64,000 bases of DNA. Source: Trichinella spiralis. Its lineage: Eukaryota. The position numbers and the translations under genes are program-made. Each line of letters begins with the position of its first letter. The stretch's first letter is position 1. Below are positions 1 through 18,029 of this stretch, in pieces. Below the pieces are notes generated by a model. It searched no databases, was not told where the DNA came from, and saw nothing but the letters and a program-made list of their open reading frames with translations. The stretch covers positions 3,402,014 through 3,466,013 of the forward strand of contig NW_003526948.1 in NCBI RefSeq assembly GCF_000181795.1. The letters are read 5' to 3'.

Positions 1-2426
1 CAGTCGATTTCCAAGAGGAAGTGCATTTCAAATTTCCCGCCAAAATTTGTTCCAAAACAGTGCAATAATCGAAATTCAGACAACAAAGCGATTTTGTCTA
101 CTCCGCCGCCAGAATTGGTGGTTGTCACGTTCGATTCAAATTTTCCACAAAGCAACAACAATTCAACAGAACAACAATCCATTTCGCCTGTTTTATCAGT
201 ATGCAAATTTGTTATCATTATTATATTTCATTATTGATGGTTGAAATTATTGCAGCGAAATTTTACAAAAGAAAAATACAATGGAAAAAGAAATTCAAAT
301 GAAAGTGAAGAATGCAAATTGAGAGTGAAAAATATCAAACAGCATAAAGTTTTTCCTTTCGAATCTTACTGCAGCAGTCTTTGGAGACGAAAACGCAGCA
401 AAGGTTTGCCCGGTTCAGCGGAAGTTTCGTACAGTTCGTTGAAAAAGCAATGTTTTCTTTTTTTTTATCATTATTACTTTTATATTGAATTTAATTTAAT
501 ATTTTTGAATTTCAGTGAAAAACAAATCACAACAAATCGAAGTTTCACATTCGCCTCTAATAGTGATGTTGAAAGTCCCACCAGTTTGTCGTCTTGCCAA
601 TTTGGAAGCGATCGTGCTCTGTGGCGTGATTTGAAACAAGCAAGTTTTGACAAAAAAAAATCAAACAGTTTCATTTTTATTTAAATTTTTTTTATTCTGT
701 AGACAATTGATTTGGGTGTGTTGCAAACGATGGGAGAAGATTCCATCTATTTGCAGGAGAAAATTTTCGAAATTGTCACAAGCGAAGCATCATATTTGAA
801 TTCTCTGCTCATTTTGACAGTGCATTTTATGCAATCTCCAAAATTGAGCGGAAAAACCGACTCTGAAAGCGTGATCTCTGCCCAAGATCACAAAGAACTG
901 TTCAGCTCTGTACACGCCGTACGGCACAGCAGTGAACGGTATGCTGAGAAAAGTGCTTGCTTTGCACTGACTGATTGATTGGATTAATTTTGCATTTTTA
1001 TTAAGAGAAAAACATAATAATAATAATTATAATAATAATTATTATTATTTATTATATAGTTTGTTCAAAAAATTGAAACAAAGTGTTGAAACGTCAGTTA
1101 TGTTGGACAATATTTGCGATATCTTGGCCGATCATTTGCAAAAAGATGAAAATGTGTTTGTCAATTATTGCCGCGATTTGGCATATCAGCAAAAGAAGCT
1201 CCACTACCTCAAGTGAGCACTAAATGCAATTTTGATTGATAAAATTATTCTTCTTTTATTGAATATTATGCGAAAAGTGAAATGAATTTGTATTCTATAA
1301 TTTTCTGAAAAATAGAAGACGGATTCGTGTCGATCTGTTTAGAAATGTTTAGTGAAAATACGTGACCAATCAATCAATGACGGATGAAAAATTACTTGTA
1401 CATGTGTATTCAGAGAGAACAATGCGAAATTTGTGGAAGAAATTGCACTGTTGGAAAAGTCAAAATTGGTGAAAAATCAAGATTTGGCCAGCTTTCTCTT
1501 GCAACCGTTGCAAAGAGTAACTCGATATCCGCTTTTGATCAGAGCTATTCGTTCTCAGCTGAATGCAAATGACAAACGAATCGCTTCTGTAAGTTTAATT
1601 TTTCAAAATTCGAATGGGGCGTGGGATAATAATTTATGATTATATTTTTTTTGTTTTTTAAGGTCGAGTGTGCACTGTCAACTGCCCAACGTGTCGTAAG
1701 TTTGTGCAATGAAAGTAGAAGACATTTTCAAGGTATTGAAGAACTATTTGAACTCCATTCGAAACTGATTTACAACCACCAAAGTCCAAAGCAATTTCCC
1801 GTAATTACAAGGAAAAGGCGTTTAATTATGAAAGGCAGTTTTTGTGCTAGTGAAATGAAAAAATCAAAAACTTCATCAGCAAGTAATATAATAATTTTTT
1901 ACAAAAATTAATCAATACAATTCCACATCTGCAGCATTTGGATTTCAAATTCTAAACTGCATGTGATCTTCATTTCAGGTAGAACTACTTGGTTCAATGC
2001 ATTTTTGTTTCTATTCTCAGATGCTCTGCTGATAACAAAACAGACGCGCAACAATTTTCTGGTCAAAGATTACTGCGATCGAAAGTCCATTGCCGTACCA
2101 TCGTTCAGCTTCGATCCTGGAACGGTGAATTTGCTTTTACCAATGTTCAATTAATCCCTTTTAAAAATGTTAATTCTATTCAGAATGGACAGACATTATT
2201 ACGATTTAACGCTTCTTTCGAGCACAAATTTCTCGTCGTTTTGAAATCCAATCATCTCAATGCAGAAGTTCGCATCTTACTCGCCACCAACAGCCAAGAG
2301 GACAAGGAAAAATGGATCCGAGCACTGAACGATCCATCCTACCACTGCACTGTGGATATTTCGTCCAGTGTTCTTTGTGAAAATTTGCCCAATCTCTTCT
2401 CGAAAACCAAACAATCAACCAATTGA
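1..2426 (+). CDS. Ephexin/ARHGEF16/26-like Rho guanine nucleotide exchange factor (DH-PH), multi-exon, 5' end probably upstream of the window
   Basis: Spliced exons (~515-639, 703-938, ~1060-1212, ~1414-1588, 1663-1882, 1979-2124, 2184-2426) give LWRDLKQ-TIDLGVL...LQEKIFEIVTSEASYLNSL (DH start with the ephexin-type LW motif), LASFLLQPLQRVTRYPLLI (DH conserved region 3) and FLFLFSDALLITK...KEKWIRAL (PH). Stop TGA at 2424-2426. Confidence 0.85.
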
Positions 2427-3438
2427 TTGTACTTGAAAATTTCCCCATACGGTAAATTCATCTTCCAATACAAAAATGATCAACAGAAACTCGTTCATTT
2501 TTTACCTAAAATGTTCATTCAGCAGTTTTTTTTGGCCCTCTAAATTTTTTTCCTTTTATCATTTTTATTTTTTAAATATTCCATTTGGATTCTTTTTTCT
2601 TTTTTTATTCCAAAGTTTGGTCGTCGTTCTAAGAAAAAAAATACATATTAACAATAATTAATTGTACACTTTAATCTTAATTTAGGTGGTGAGCAATCTT
2701 TTCATGGCAACAGTACTTGTAAATAGTCAAGTTTAAAGTATGATGTGAAATTTGTATTTGTCAATTTTGAAAGTTATTTTGTAAGTTTTACACTTACCAA
2801 TATAGTACAATAAGGGATAATCGATTTTACCGTTCCTTATTTGAATAAAATTCTTTTCTAATATTATTGTAACATTTGATAAACATCAGTCAGTTTAATG
2901 TAACATGAAAAATAATTTATTATTTATTTTACGGCGTTATGGATTTAGTTTCTATAGTGTATGTGTGTATCTGCGTGTTCATCACTTGAAATGTTCATTT
3001 TACTGCATAGCACAAAAATATGAATGTAAAACACTGGTCATGTTAATGTTATATGTAAAAGTATACACACATAAAAATGTAATGTTGGTTTCTAAAATGA
3101 AAATATAAGTTCACAAAACAACTTGTTTTTATAAGCAATTTTATAAAATTTCTCTAATAAACAAGTTCAACTATGCTTTGCTACACATTTAAATATCCAA
3201 CATAGTACAGCTCAACAGATTTCATTTCATAATATCTCGTAAAAATGAAACAGGCATAGCAAATAAGCTCAACTAAAGTTTCATCTTTCAACTTGTTTCG
3301 CATGAAAAATGACAGTTTCACGGTGTGACTGCATTTCTACCGTTAAAATCGTAAATCGTAAATATAACTAATTTTGAATTTTATATATTTTTTCAGCATT
3401 GTTATAAACATAGTAAAACCAATAAGCATTTTCCCTCA

Positions 3439-5220
3439 ATGGTACAGTAAGAACTACTGTAAATTATCGTTATCATCAAGTTGCACTTTACTGTAATCTG
3501 ATATATTTGTTCTAGTGGAAATTTTTGCTTAACCGTTTTGCTTTTCTGGCTGTTCAGTGAATTTATTTGTCATTCATCGACTAAATTTGTTTTCATCTCC
3601 TATTATTGCTTTTCCAAGTAGAAATCATGCGGCCCGGTAGTACATCTTCTTCAAGCCAAAACGATTCAGCGACATTAATTCCGAAGATTAATACAACAAC
3701 AGGGACACCATTGAAGCCGTCATATTCCAGCCATGATGATTCGGATTTTGGTTTTGGACTTAAGCTGGACAATTTCGTATTGCATCGAATGATGTACATT
3801 CTAGCAGCTGCAATGCTTATAATTGTGCTTTATTTCGGCGTAAATATGTGGAGGTGAGTGATCGTATGTACATTTTTAAAATATTTTACAATTGTTTAAT
3901 CGTCCCAATTTAATTTCACTTTTAACCTTGAATAATAGAATAAACAGATATTGCTTTGTGTGTTAAACAGCAACTGGCTTTTGTAATCAATTGCACAATA
4001 GTAATTGTTGCTCAAATGTAACATTGGATGATTTTATTTCAGTGAAATCAAATTATTAATTGCAGTTGTGTAGGTTAGTTTTCAAGCCATCTGGAAAAAT
4101 CAATGGCACCTTATTGTTTTCGGGTTATTTTATTGTTTTGTTTTAGTTTTTCATTTTGCTTGTTATCGATTGCAACGTAGTTGAAGTAAACAAACACGTA
4201 ATGATTGAAGTCAATTGCAGCTTCATTTTCATCTGATAATCTTCAAAAGTCAAACATTACCTGTTTATTTATTTATTTTTTTTTGTTAAGCATGTTTTGA
4301 TACGAATCATTCGATAAACATTTTCCTTATACATTGAATTCAGTTGGTTGTCATTTGATATTTGAAACTAGAAACTTATTAAACTGCATGATATAACAAC
4401 ATAAATAATTGTTGTAGAAGTGTTGCTACAATGAATTGTTATTCTGCTAGGAAAATTTTGAATTGCAATTTTAGCATTTCAGTCCATTAAATGTTTATCA
4501 GTTTATATGCATGATAAGGTTTGACGTGCAACTTTTCTGATGAGCTGTTGTGTATTCTTTTCTTACATCATGATTGTTTTATCTTTTAGAAGGGAAAAAT
4601 ATCAAACACAGTGATGTAATTAATAATTTTGATGGGAAATGCACTTTATCGAATGTATTTAAAAATATCTTACTTAATACTAATGTTCTACAGGTGTTTA
4701 ATGGAAAATTGGTAATTGTAATTGTTATATTAAAAAGGCGTTTTACATTGTTGTTGATTTGAAATACAGTTGCTAAGGAAATCTGCGTATTGCATTAATC
4801 ATAGTCAGACAATTTGTGTCATGCTCGTCCACCGTCAGGTTATGAACATCATAGTCAGGCCATCGGTTTCATCGTGATTCCAATAAACTAATTGTTAATT
4901 TCCTTCCTTTTTTAAATATATAATGATTAATTTATGAAAAAAAGAATAAATTATAGACAATGTACTATAAATAATTTATTAGTTTATTAATAAATATTGT
5001 CAGCAGCTTGTTTGCTGGTGATATTTTGTAGCGGTTTTATGGTGGATTTGTTGAAATTAAGCTTTGCTATTTTAGAACAAGAAGACAGAAGAAAGAACGC
5101 GTGTACGACGTGCTTCCAATTCATCAGCTGAGTACTAATTTAGTCGGCGATTCCGATTCTGAAGATGACGTATTTGACGATGCACACCGAAATCTTGTCT
5201 CCTCGAGTAATCATCGATAA
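3439..5220 (+). CDS. FAM174/TMEM157-like single-pass membrane protein
   Basis: Exons 3439-3446, 3516-3556, 3619-3853 and 5076-5220 splice in frame. They give a signal-like MVHGNFCLTVLLFWLFI, a Ser/Thr-rich ectodomain, TM segment RMMYILAAAMLIIVLYFGV and tail RTRRQKKERVYDVLP...DSDSEDDVFD, matching the FAM174 basic-Y-acidic-VFD pattern. The first two exons are less certain. Confidence 0.75.
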
Positions 5221-6879
5221 ATCACCTCAATGTATCTGCAGTGTTAAAATTCTTGCTTTCTCATCATTATTATTATTATTATTCGAAAAATTTTGATAGT
5301 GCTAGTGTATCATTTTCTCTTTTTTCTGTCTGTTCATTTCTTTTCAAATTCTCTTTTTTTAAATAAAATTAAATTACAAACTGTGTACGGTTTCTTGATT
5401 TAAATAATATTCATTGAAAACATATTATTTCCATCCATTATGCGTATTGAAAATTTTCCATACTGTATATTCTCTTCAACGAAGTCATGTGAATATTTAC
5501 TTGAATATTGAATTACTGTAATGATGTTGGTTATGAAATTGAAATTGTAATAAAATTATTCTGCACTTTTGTATTTTTTGAATGACAAAAAATGAAATAA
5601 ATGAAAAAATTCGCAATATAAAAAGTTTAAATACACTATATTAAACTCATTATGCAAATAAAATGTTTGTGTTCCAATTGTTACAGTATTTGATAAATAG
5701 ATGACAGCCCGAACAAAGAAAGTTTATTTGAGAAGCTTGCTCGCGAAGGGGCTTTTGTGAAAAGCGATTTGTTGTTAAATTTTATTGTCACATTAAATGA
5801 AATCAAGCAGAACATTCTAAATGTGAAACAAAATACGACGCGTTCACCAGGTTGTTTGGTTGTGCAGTTGATTGCAAGTTTCATTTGACATGTTTCGTAT
5901 TACTTCAAATTGTAATTTTTAAGCATAATCAACAAAGCATATTTGTTTTACTGAACTTTATAAAAGAATTTTTTCAATCTAAAAATTACGAAGAATTCTG
6001 ATGTATGACAAATGTTAAAATTGATTTTTAATGAGTTGTTTTGATTTGAAAAAAAAATTAGTCACATTTCATTAGTCCAATCTAAATGCTTATAAATGTA
6101 AACATTTATATACAATGAAAACAAATTCAAAGCGCATGTGACGTGTCTTTTTTTTTGTGGTTACTTTTACAGTAACATAAGCTGAACAATAAACAACTTG
6201 CCACGTAATTTACGGAAGTATTTAATTTGTCAATATACAGTAGCACCGTTTAGTTTATTTTCAATAATTGGATTGTGTAACAAGCGTTTGTAAAGAATAT
6301 TGAAAATAACGATCAGTTTTTTCATACGTATGTGAAGAATGGAACAATTACACATTCATTTGGGTCATAAGTTTATTATTGTTGTAAAAATTGAATTTAA
6401 CAGTTATTTTTGTTGCATCATTATATTAAATTTTGATTTTCGATTTGTTTGCGTTTGTTCATTTTCATGGGTCAGAAGTAGTCAACAAAGTGAGTGAAAT
6501 AACAGAACAAGCTGATGTTCAGTGTTTACTTGTAGACACCAAACATTACCATCACCAAACATTAAAACAAAAAGAACAAAGAACCGGCAATAGAGATGCA
6601 CTATCAACTATGGAAAAACGGCTAACGTGAAACAAGTAGTGATCAGTAACGTGGAACAGTTAAAGCGACAACTAACGTTGAAAATGAGATGAACAAATCA
6701 ACGCAGTATACCCGCTCTCACTACATGTGAAAAAACTAAAACACAATAATAATAATAATAATAATGAGGTGTGAATAAATAACATAAACATAACTCAAGA
6801 TTGAAAACAAATAATCTACAAGTGACTGTTGTTGTTAAAAATTTTCCACTGTAGATTTTTTCTCGTCGCAACAGCAATT

Positions 6880-8445
6880 TCAGTAGAACACTTTCAAAGC
6901 TTCCCTCAGACGTCGTTGCTGGGAATCGATGTAAATTTGAACCGGAGCCAGTTGTTGCATTTCGATGGAAAATTGAACGAAAAAATATCCCAAACCGATC
7001 AAATAGACCAAAGCCGGCCGAACAGTCCACCACTGGTGTCGGTTGAACGCCAGACGTTCGATCACCACACTAGCGCATTCGACGTTGGACAAGAAGTAGA
7101 CGATCGAAAAGACGCTCAACGCCGTGCATGGGATGATGGCAAGGCCGATCAGACGTCTGGTGTTGAATGGACCGTAGGTTCGGATCAGCGTGTTGAAAAT
7201 ATCCCAACGGCGGTCGATCACTGAGGCCACTGCTTCCAACAAAATTTCGACCAAATTCAACAACGCCCACCAGGCGAGACTGACCGACTGACCGTGGAAA
7301 ATCCAGACGAATAGAAAAGTGATGCCGATGGCCAGAAATCGTTTCGTGATCGGATTCAATGGGATCGACGTGTTGTTGGCGATCGGTTTGAAAATGTGAT
7401 CCCGAAGAAACGTGTACAAGCCGTGGTCGAAACTGCGCCACATCACCGAATACAGAGCCACGCGGGCAATGCAGACCGGCTTCCAGTGGGGTTCCATGCC
7501 GTCGAGTTTGGCGAACAACGCGAACAGTCCAAACATGGCCACGTATTTCGCGTGAAAAAACTGACCGGCGGTCAGCACCAATGCGCACAGCACGTCCAGT
7601 CGGGTGTGTTTCAAAAAATCAACGTCCACAATCATCGCATTCATGTAGAAGATGTGCAAAACGATTTCGCAGAACAAAGTCCAGAAAACAACTCGAATCC
7701 CAACCAAAACAATCGATCGCCACGAATTTCCATTACTGCGCTTGACGCACTGAACAAGGAAGTTTCTGTAAGTAACGAATAAAACCGTGCTGTATGGCAT
7801 GTAGAACGCGTAAAGACAACCATCTCGTAGTGTTATGAAGAACGACTTTTTAAATCCACCAACTTTGGCGCTTTCTATCTGATAACTGAAATAGCTGATG
7901 AACTGCAACAATTTGTAAGTGATGTAGACGCAAAATACGTAATAGTCCGGCTGTCCAAATTGACTATACACGTCTGAAAACAGAGTTCCGAAAAACAGCA
8001 AAGAAATCGCCCACAAAGCCACAAGACTTGTCACGATTCGAGTGGTAATAAACAACGTAAAACCGTAAACAAGACCAACCGCCACCGGAAACCAACCATA
8101 AGCAATGCAGTTCAACGCTGGCCACAATAAGCTGGAAATGAAAAGCGCTTTCTGAACATTACAATCAAGAAGTTCCAACAAACAGCCCGACAAGCGGTGA
8201 AGTACGAGCGCCAACACGTAGTAAGGGAGCATAGTCATCCAAACGTTCCATTCAAAATTTGTATTATCTCGAATACGTCCAATTATTGACCAACCATCGA
8301 CGAAACTGAATTGATTAATTTCCTCACCACCATACAGTGCAGATTCGATCCCAATCAAATACCAAGCGTAGGCAACGTGTGCAAACCAAATTATAAAACT
8401 ACTGACCACCTCGAACGCTGGTAACCGTAAACTGTACACACTCAT
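6880..8445 (-). CDS. HHAT: Protein-cysteine N-palmitoyltransferase (Hedgehog acyltransferase/Rasp), MBOAT family, single coding exon
   Basis: Uninterrupted ~521-aa multi-TM ORF from ATG at 8445. It contains GWSIIGRIRDNTNFEW, GQFFHAKY, YSVMWRSFDHGLYTFL (conserved Asp) and FLFVWIFHG (catalytic His) of the HHAT/GUP1 group. Confidence 0.9.
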   Translation of the reverse strand: MSVYSLRLPAFEVVSSFIIWFAHVAYAWYLIGIESALYGGEEINQFSFVDGWSIIGRIRDNTNFEWNVWMTMLPYYVLALVLHRLSGCLLELLDCNVQKALFISSLLWPALNCIAYGWFPVAVGLVYGFTLFITTRIVTSLVALWAISLLFFGTLFSDVYSQFGQPDYYVFCVYITYKLLQFISYFSYQIESAKVGGFKKSFFITLRDGCLYAFYMPYSTVLFVTYRNFLVQCVKRSNGNSWRSIVLVGIRVVFWTLFCEIVLHIFYMNAMIVDVDFLKHTRLDVLCALVLTAGQFFHAKYVAMFGLFALFAKLDGMEPHWKPVCIARVALYSVMWRSFDHGLYTFLRDHIFKPIANNTSIPLNPITKRFLAIGITFLFVWIFHGQSVSLAWWALLNLVEILLEAVASVIDRRWDIFNTLIRTYGPFNTRRLIGLAIIPCTALSVFSIVYFLSNVECASVVIERLAFNRHQWWTVRPALVYLIGLGYFFVQFSIEMQQLAPVQIYIDSQQRRLREALKVFY

Positions 8446-8917
8446 TGTTCCCACACCCGAAAACTGAGATCTTGGCTAAAAAGGAAAACGCAAAAAACCT
8501 ATCAAAAAATACGAAAACAATTATAAAAAACACAAGTATCGATTCGGAAACGTCAAGCCGAAATAGCATCATCAATAACAACGTCAGCGTTTATCCGTTC
8601 CTGCAGAAATTTTAATATAGCTTCAATATACTGCTTTGTGTAATATCATATTATTCATTTTCAAACACCGGTAAATCGTCGAATGCAAGCAAAAAAGAAT
8701 AAAATTAAAAAGCAATTGTTAAACAAATAAAGCAAAATGGAATGAGAAATGGATTTTCAAGTTTCATAAACGGCAAAAATGCCAACAGACAGACATTACA
8801 AAATGAAGCAAGGCGGCAACCAATCGCTATTATATAAAGAATAAAATGACATCAAGGCGAGTGTTGCTGGAGGGCGACGACTGGACTGGAGCGTAAACTC
8901 CCTCTTTAAATTTCCTT

Positions 8918-9640
8918 TTAGGACAAATCTAAAGGAAACCACTTTACTTGTAAACAGACAACACACGCGCGACGATGCAAACTTACACGATGGCTCAGTT
9001 GAATCAATTCGACGATGAATTTGATCATACGTGAATCGAACAAAGGTTTGATACTGTTCTAAAACAAATATGATAATAAAAACCAAGCATTCCAAACATT
9101 TCAAACGCAATCATTTCCATCCAACCGGTTAAGCGTGCGTTAAGCACTTCTTCGAATTCTTCGCGCAACCGAATTTCTTGTTCTTTCAGCAGTCGATCAC
9201 ACAAATTACAAAGCTAAATTGAAAATTAAATTTACATTCAATGTATGTAAAAAAACAAAAACAAAAACAAAACCTGTCGAATAGAAAGCAATGGACGATC
9301 ACGAAAAGTTGCGAGTTCTGCGCTAACATCAATTTTTTGGTCGGTATCCATATCATTTGTACGGTTAGCATTTCCGCGAAGTTCTTGACGCAAGTAAGCT
9401 TCGATATCAGCTAAATAATAGGAGAATAAAACTCACATAACAAAACAACCATTACTGACTTAGCGAAAGCTTCCTCGGAGATTCTTCCGCAACGACAGTC
9501 GGTGGTGAATGAGTAGGCGACGCGTGAAATGATAAACATCTTGGTGATGTGGAACCCGTACAACGCCGTTTAACCGCATGTTCCGGACCATATGGACTGT
9601 CTAAGTCTAATGATCTTTTCAAAGTTATACCGCAAGCCAT
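8918..9640 (-). CDS. akirin: Akirin
   Basis: N-terminus MACGITLKRSLDLD...KRRC. Later exons give LCDRLLKEQEIRLREEFEEVLNARLTEQYQTFVRFTYDQIHRR, and an 11-nt last exon (8918-8928) completes the diagnostic C-terminal SYLS*. Confidence 0.95.
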
Positions 9641-10809
9641 AAAAGTGCGTTTCGAAGGTCTAAAAAAATTAAAACGTAATAATATTTACGATAACTATTG
9701 CATATATTCAAAGTTTATTCAAAAATAACAATCGAATTTCATAAATCAAAACACATATTAATGATTAAAATAGTCATATTCAACTATATCAAACACAATC
9801 CAACCACCACACCAACGTAATAGCGATGAAAGCACAATCGACGCCAAACGAAGCACAGTAATGACGGCGACCTACACATTTACAGTAATATAACATCAAG
9901 GTTACGCATACAGGAAATGAAAAACAAGAAAAATAATAAAAACGAGAACTCGTAATAATTATAAATGAATTATTAAACAGCTAAAATATACTGGTACATT
10001 TTTCGCCAAAAATATTTTTTTAACATTTATGCTTTACCTGCAGGATAGTGTCATATGATACATAAATAAGTAGCTCAATAAACTAAAACTAAGCATGTAA
10101 AAATTTATTCATTATTTTAATGATAAATTTACAAATTAAACTTAATTATTTACTGCTTTTTAAAATTAAAAAATATACCATGCTTTTCACATTACATACA
10201 AATGAAGTCGACTGATAATGTTCAATGTATGAATGTGAATGAAATATATATTTACAAATTATAATTAATAATTATTCCTATTACATTTCTATGCAGAAAG
10301 GTCAGAATTATGCGAAACAATAACCAACAAAAATTTATGTCTGTTTACTGTATTGTTCATTATTTCAGAAAATGAAAATTAATTCTAAGTAAAATGGAAC
10401 ATGTAGATCATTAATTGCAGTGTACATTTCCCATTATAAATTCAGTAATTTTTTTCTGATAAATTAATGCAAAATTCAACTTCTACAGCTTTAACAAAAG
10501 GTGAATCCTAATTATCTGTAAATACAGTAATTAATTAATTTATAAATAAACCTTTTTCAAGTTGGTTTAATTTAAAAAGTGCGGAATTGGATGTAGTTTT
10601 ATTATTTTAAATCTCAAGTTTCTGTAACAGATGTCAAAATACATATTATTGGCTCATGAATTGGAAATCAGTTCTTATTTAGCAAGGATGTTATAATTCA
10701 TTTCTTATAAAGACTTTAAAAAATATTTTATATAAATTAATGTTTAAAAAAGTAAAATAAATGCAATTCTTTTCGCAAAGCTTTTAATTTTAATGCCTGC
10801 TACATATTA

Positions 10810-11278
10810 TTTTGCTCGAGCTTGACAATCTGAACCGGCTACCGTGTCCGTGCTTGTGACGTGGAGAGTCGAGTGAGTCTGATTGAAGGCGAGAGTGAAT
10901 CTTGGTTGCGGTAGTTTAGTCTTCCTCTGTATTTTCGGTGTTCTTTAGTGTGTTGTGAGTAATCTTGCACAGTAGTACCTGTTACTCAGCTTGCCTTTTC
11001 GTTCAATAACGTGTTTCTTCCTCTCTGTGGTCCTACTTTGTGTCACGTTCCGGAGCGAACGTGAGTCGGATTGCGGTCAGTCGATCATAATTGATTTGAC
11101 CTACCGCCAAAGAAACTTACTGTCAATTAATTGTCAATTCGCAGGCGACAGCGGTTTTGTCGTTTTTGCAATATGTGCAACCCCTAATAATGAAATAGAT
11201 ATGAACGAATAAACTTTGTTACTTGCTAATTTAAGCCTGACAATGTAATCTGCTTTGTTAAAATGATCACCTGAAACA
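10810..11278 (+). mobile_element. Possible solo LTR or other repeat insertion between akirin and SPT16
   Basis: A sharply more GC-rich block inside very AT-rich DNA, with internal degenerate direct repeats, AATAAA near 11208 and an ending ...CTGAAACA. I found no clear TG start or TSD. Confidence 0.35.
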
Positions 11279-11726
11279 GCATTTTTGTAAAAATTTTTTT
11301 TAAATTAATTATAAATGAAATTATGACTGATTTTTATTAATAATTATTAAATATAACAAACTTATTTTTTAAGTATGAATTTTGTTCTTATCTGCTGAGT
11401 AATTTTTTTGACATTTTGCATTGAACCTACATTTACTTTATAAATGGTTTTGTTTACTGTAATTTAATTTAGAACAGTTTCGCGCTGGGTTCAGTAGCAG
11501 CGAGTTGCATTTGTCAAATATTCAATAATTGAATTATTGTGTCTGTTATAAGATTTTTCTAATAGAAGACTGTCCAATCTGGTATCATTTTTTATTGTTA
11601 ATCGGCACATTTGTGTACATTTTTAAATTTTATTCTACTTGATCTTTTCATTTTTTACGTGAATTTGTAGTTTGTTTTCGAACAAACTATTAACTACTAG
11701 CCAAACGGTTAATTTCATCAACGAAA

Positions 11727-17274
<5,548 letters not shown>

Positions 17275-18029
17275 ACTGTTTGCATATTTGACTTTGCATA
17301 TTTTGCCTTTCAGCGTTAATCTTTTCTGCATATTGCATTATATTTTTAAACATCTTACTTCAGTAGTCAAACATATTTTTCTTAATGTTAAATTATGTGA
17401 AATAAGCAACTGTTAAATTTTAATATTTAAAAACAAATTTTTATTTTGAAGTGAAGCTTCTGTACTTGTAACAACTGTCAGTGCATTTTCATTTTATAGG
17501 AGGAAGGAATTTGTCACATTAGTGCTAAATGAATGCATGCGAAGTTTCACAAATTATTTATTAATTTGGCATTTACATTAATTGTTATTCAATCGAGCTT
17601 CAGTTCAGAGTTGACTTTATTAAATCAAGTTATGTTCAGTCTGGTGTTGTTAAGAAAAGAAAAACAGATTTTAATGCTTTTCAAGAACAATATCAAATTC
17701 GATTTCACATTTAAAAATCTTATTAAATGAAAAACAAATTTTAACTTTCTGTATCATGAGATACTACCAATCGTTAGTTCGTTTTATACATACGATTAAG
17801 TTAAAATTATCAGTTAAGCTTCTGATGGATTCTTGGAGTGGAATCCAGCCCAGGTTGCTTTTTATGTGCAGCACTTCGTCAATTTTTATTTTTATGATCT
17901 GAAGCTTTGTGACGTTTCTTTTGACACAATATATCGTGTTTGTATAAACCTACCAGTGTTTTGGTACTTTTTGTTTAGTCTATAGACCATCGTAAAGTTG
18001 AAATGTACGTTTTTGCATTCTCCGTGGTG

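Noticed and set aside
1879..1884. GCAAGT possible GC donor in the RhoGEF gene (a similar one near 52372 in AQR)
   Set aside because: The reading frame is satisfied by the adjacent canonical GT donor in both cases.
6829..7782. Plus-strand ORFs of 131 and 128 aa and a 172-aa alternative-frame ORF over HHAT
   Set aside because: Shadow ORFs of a GC-rich coding exon, with no recognisable motifs.
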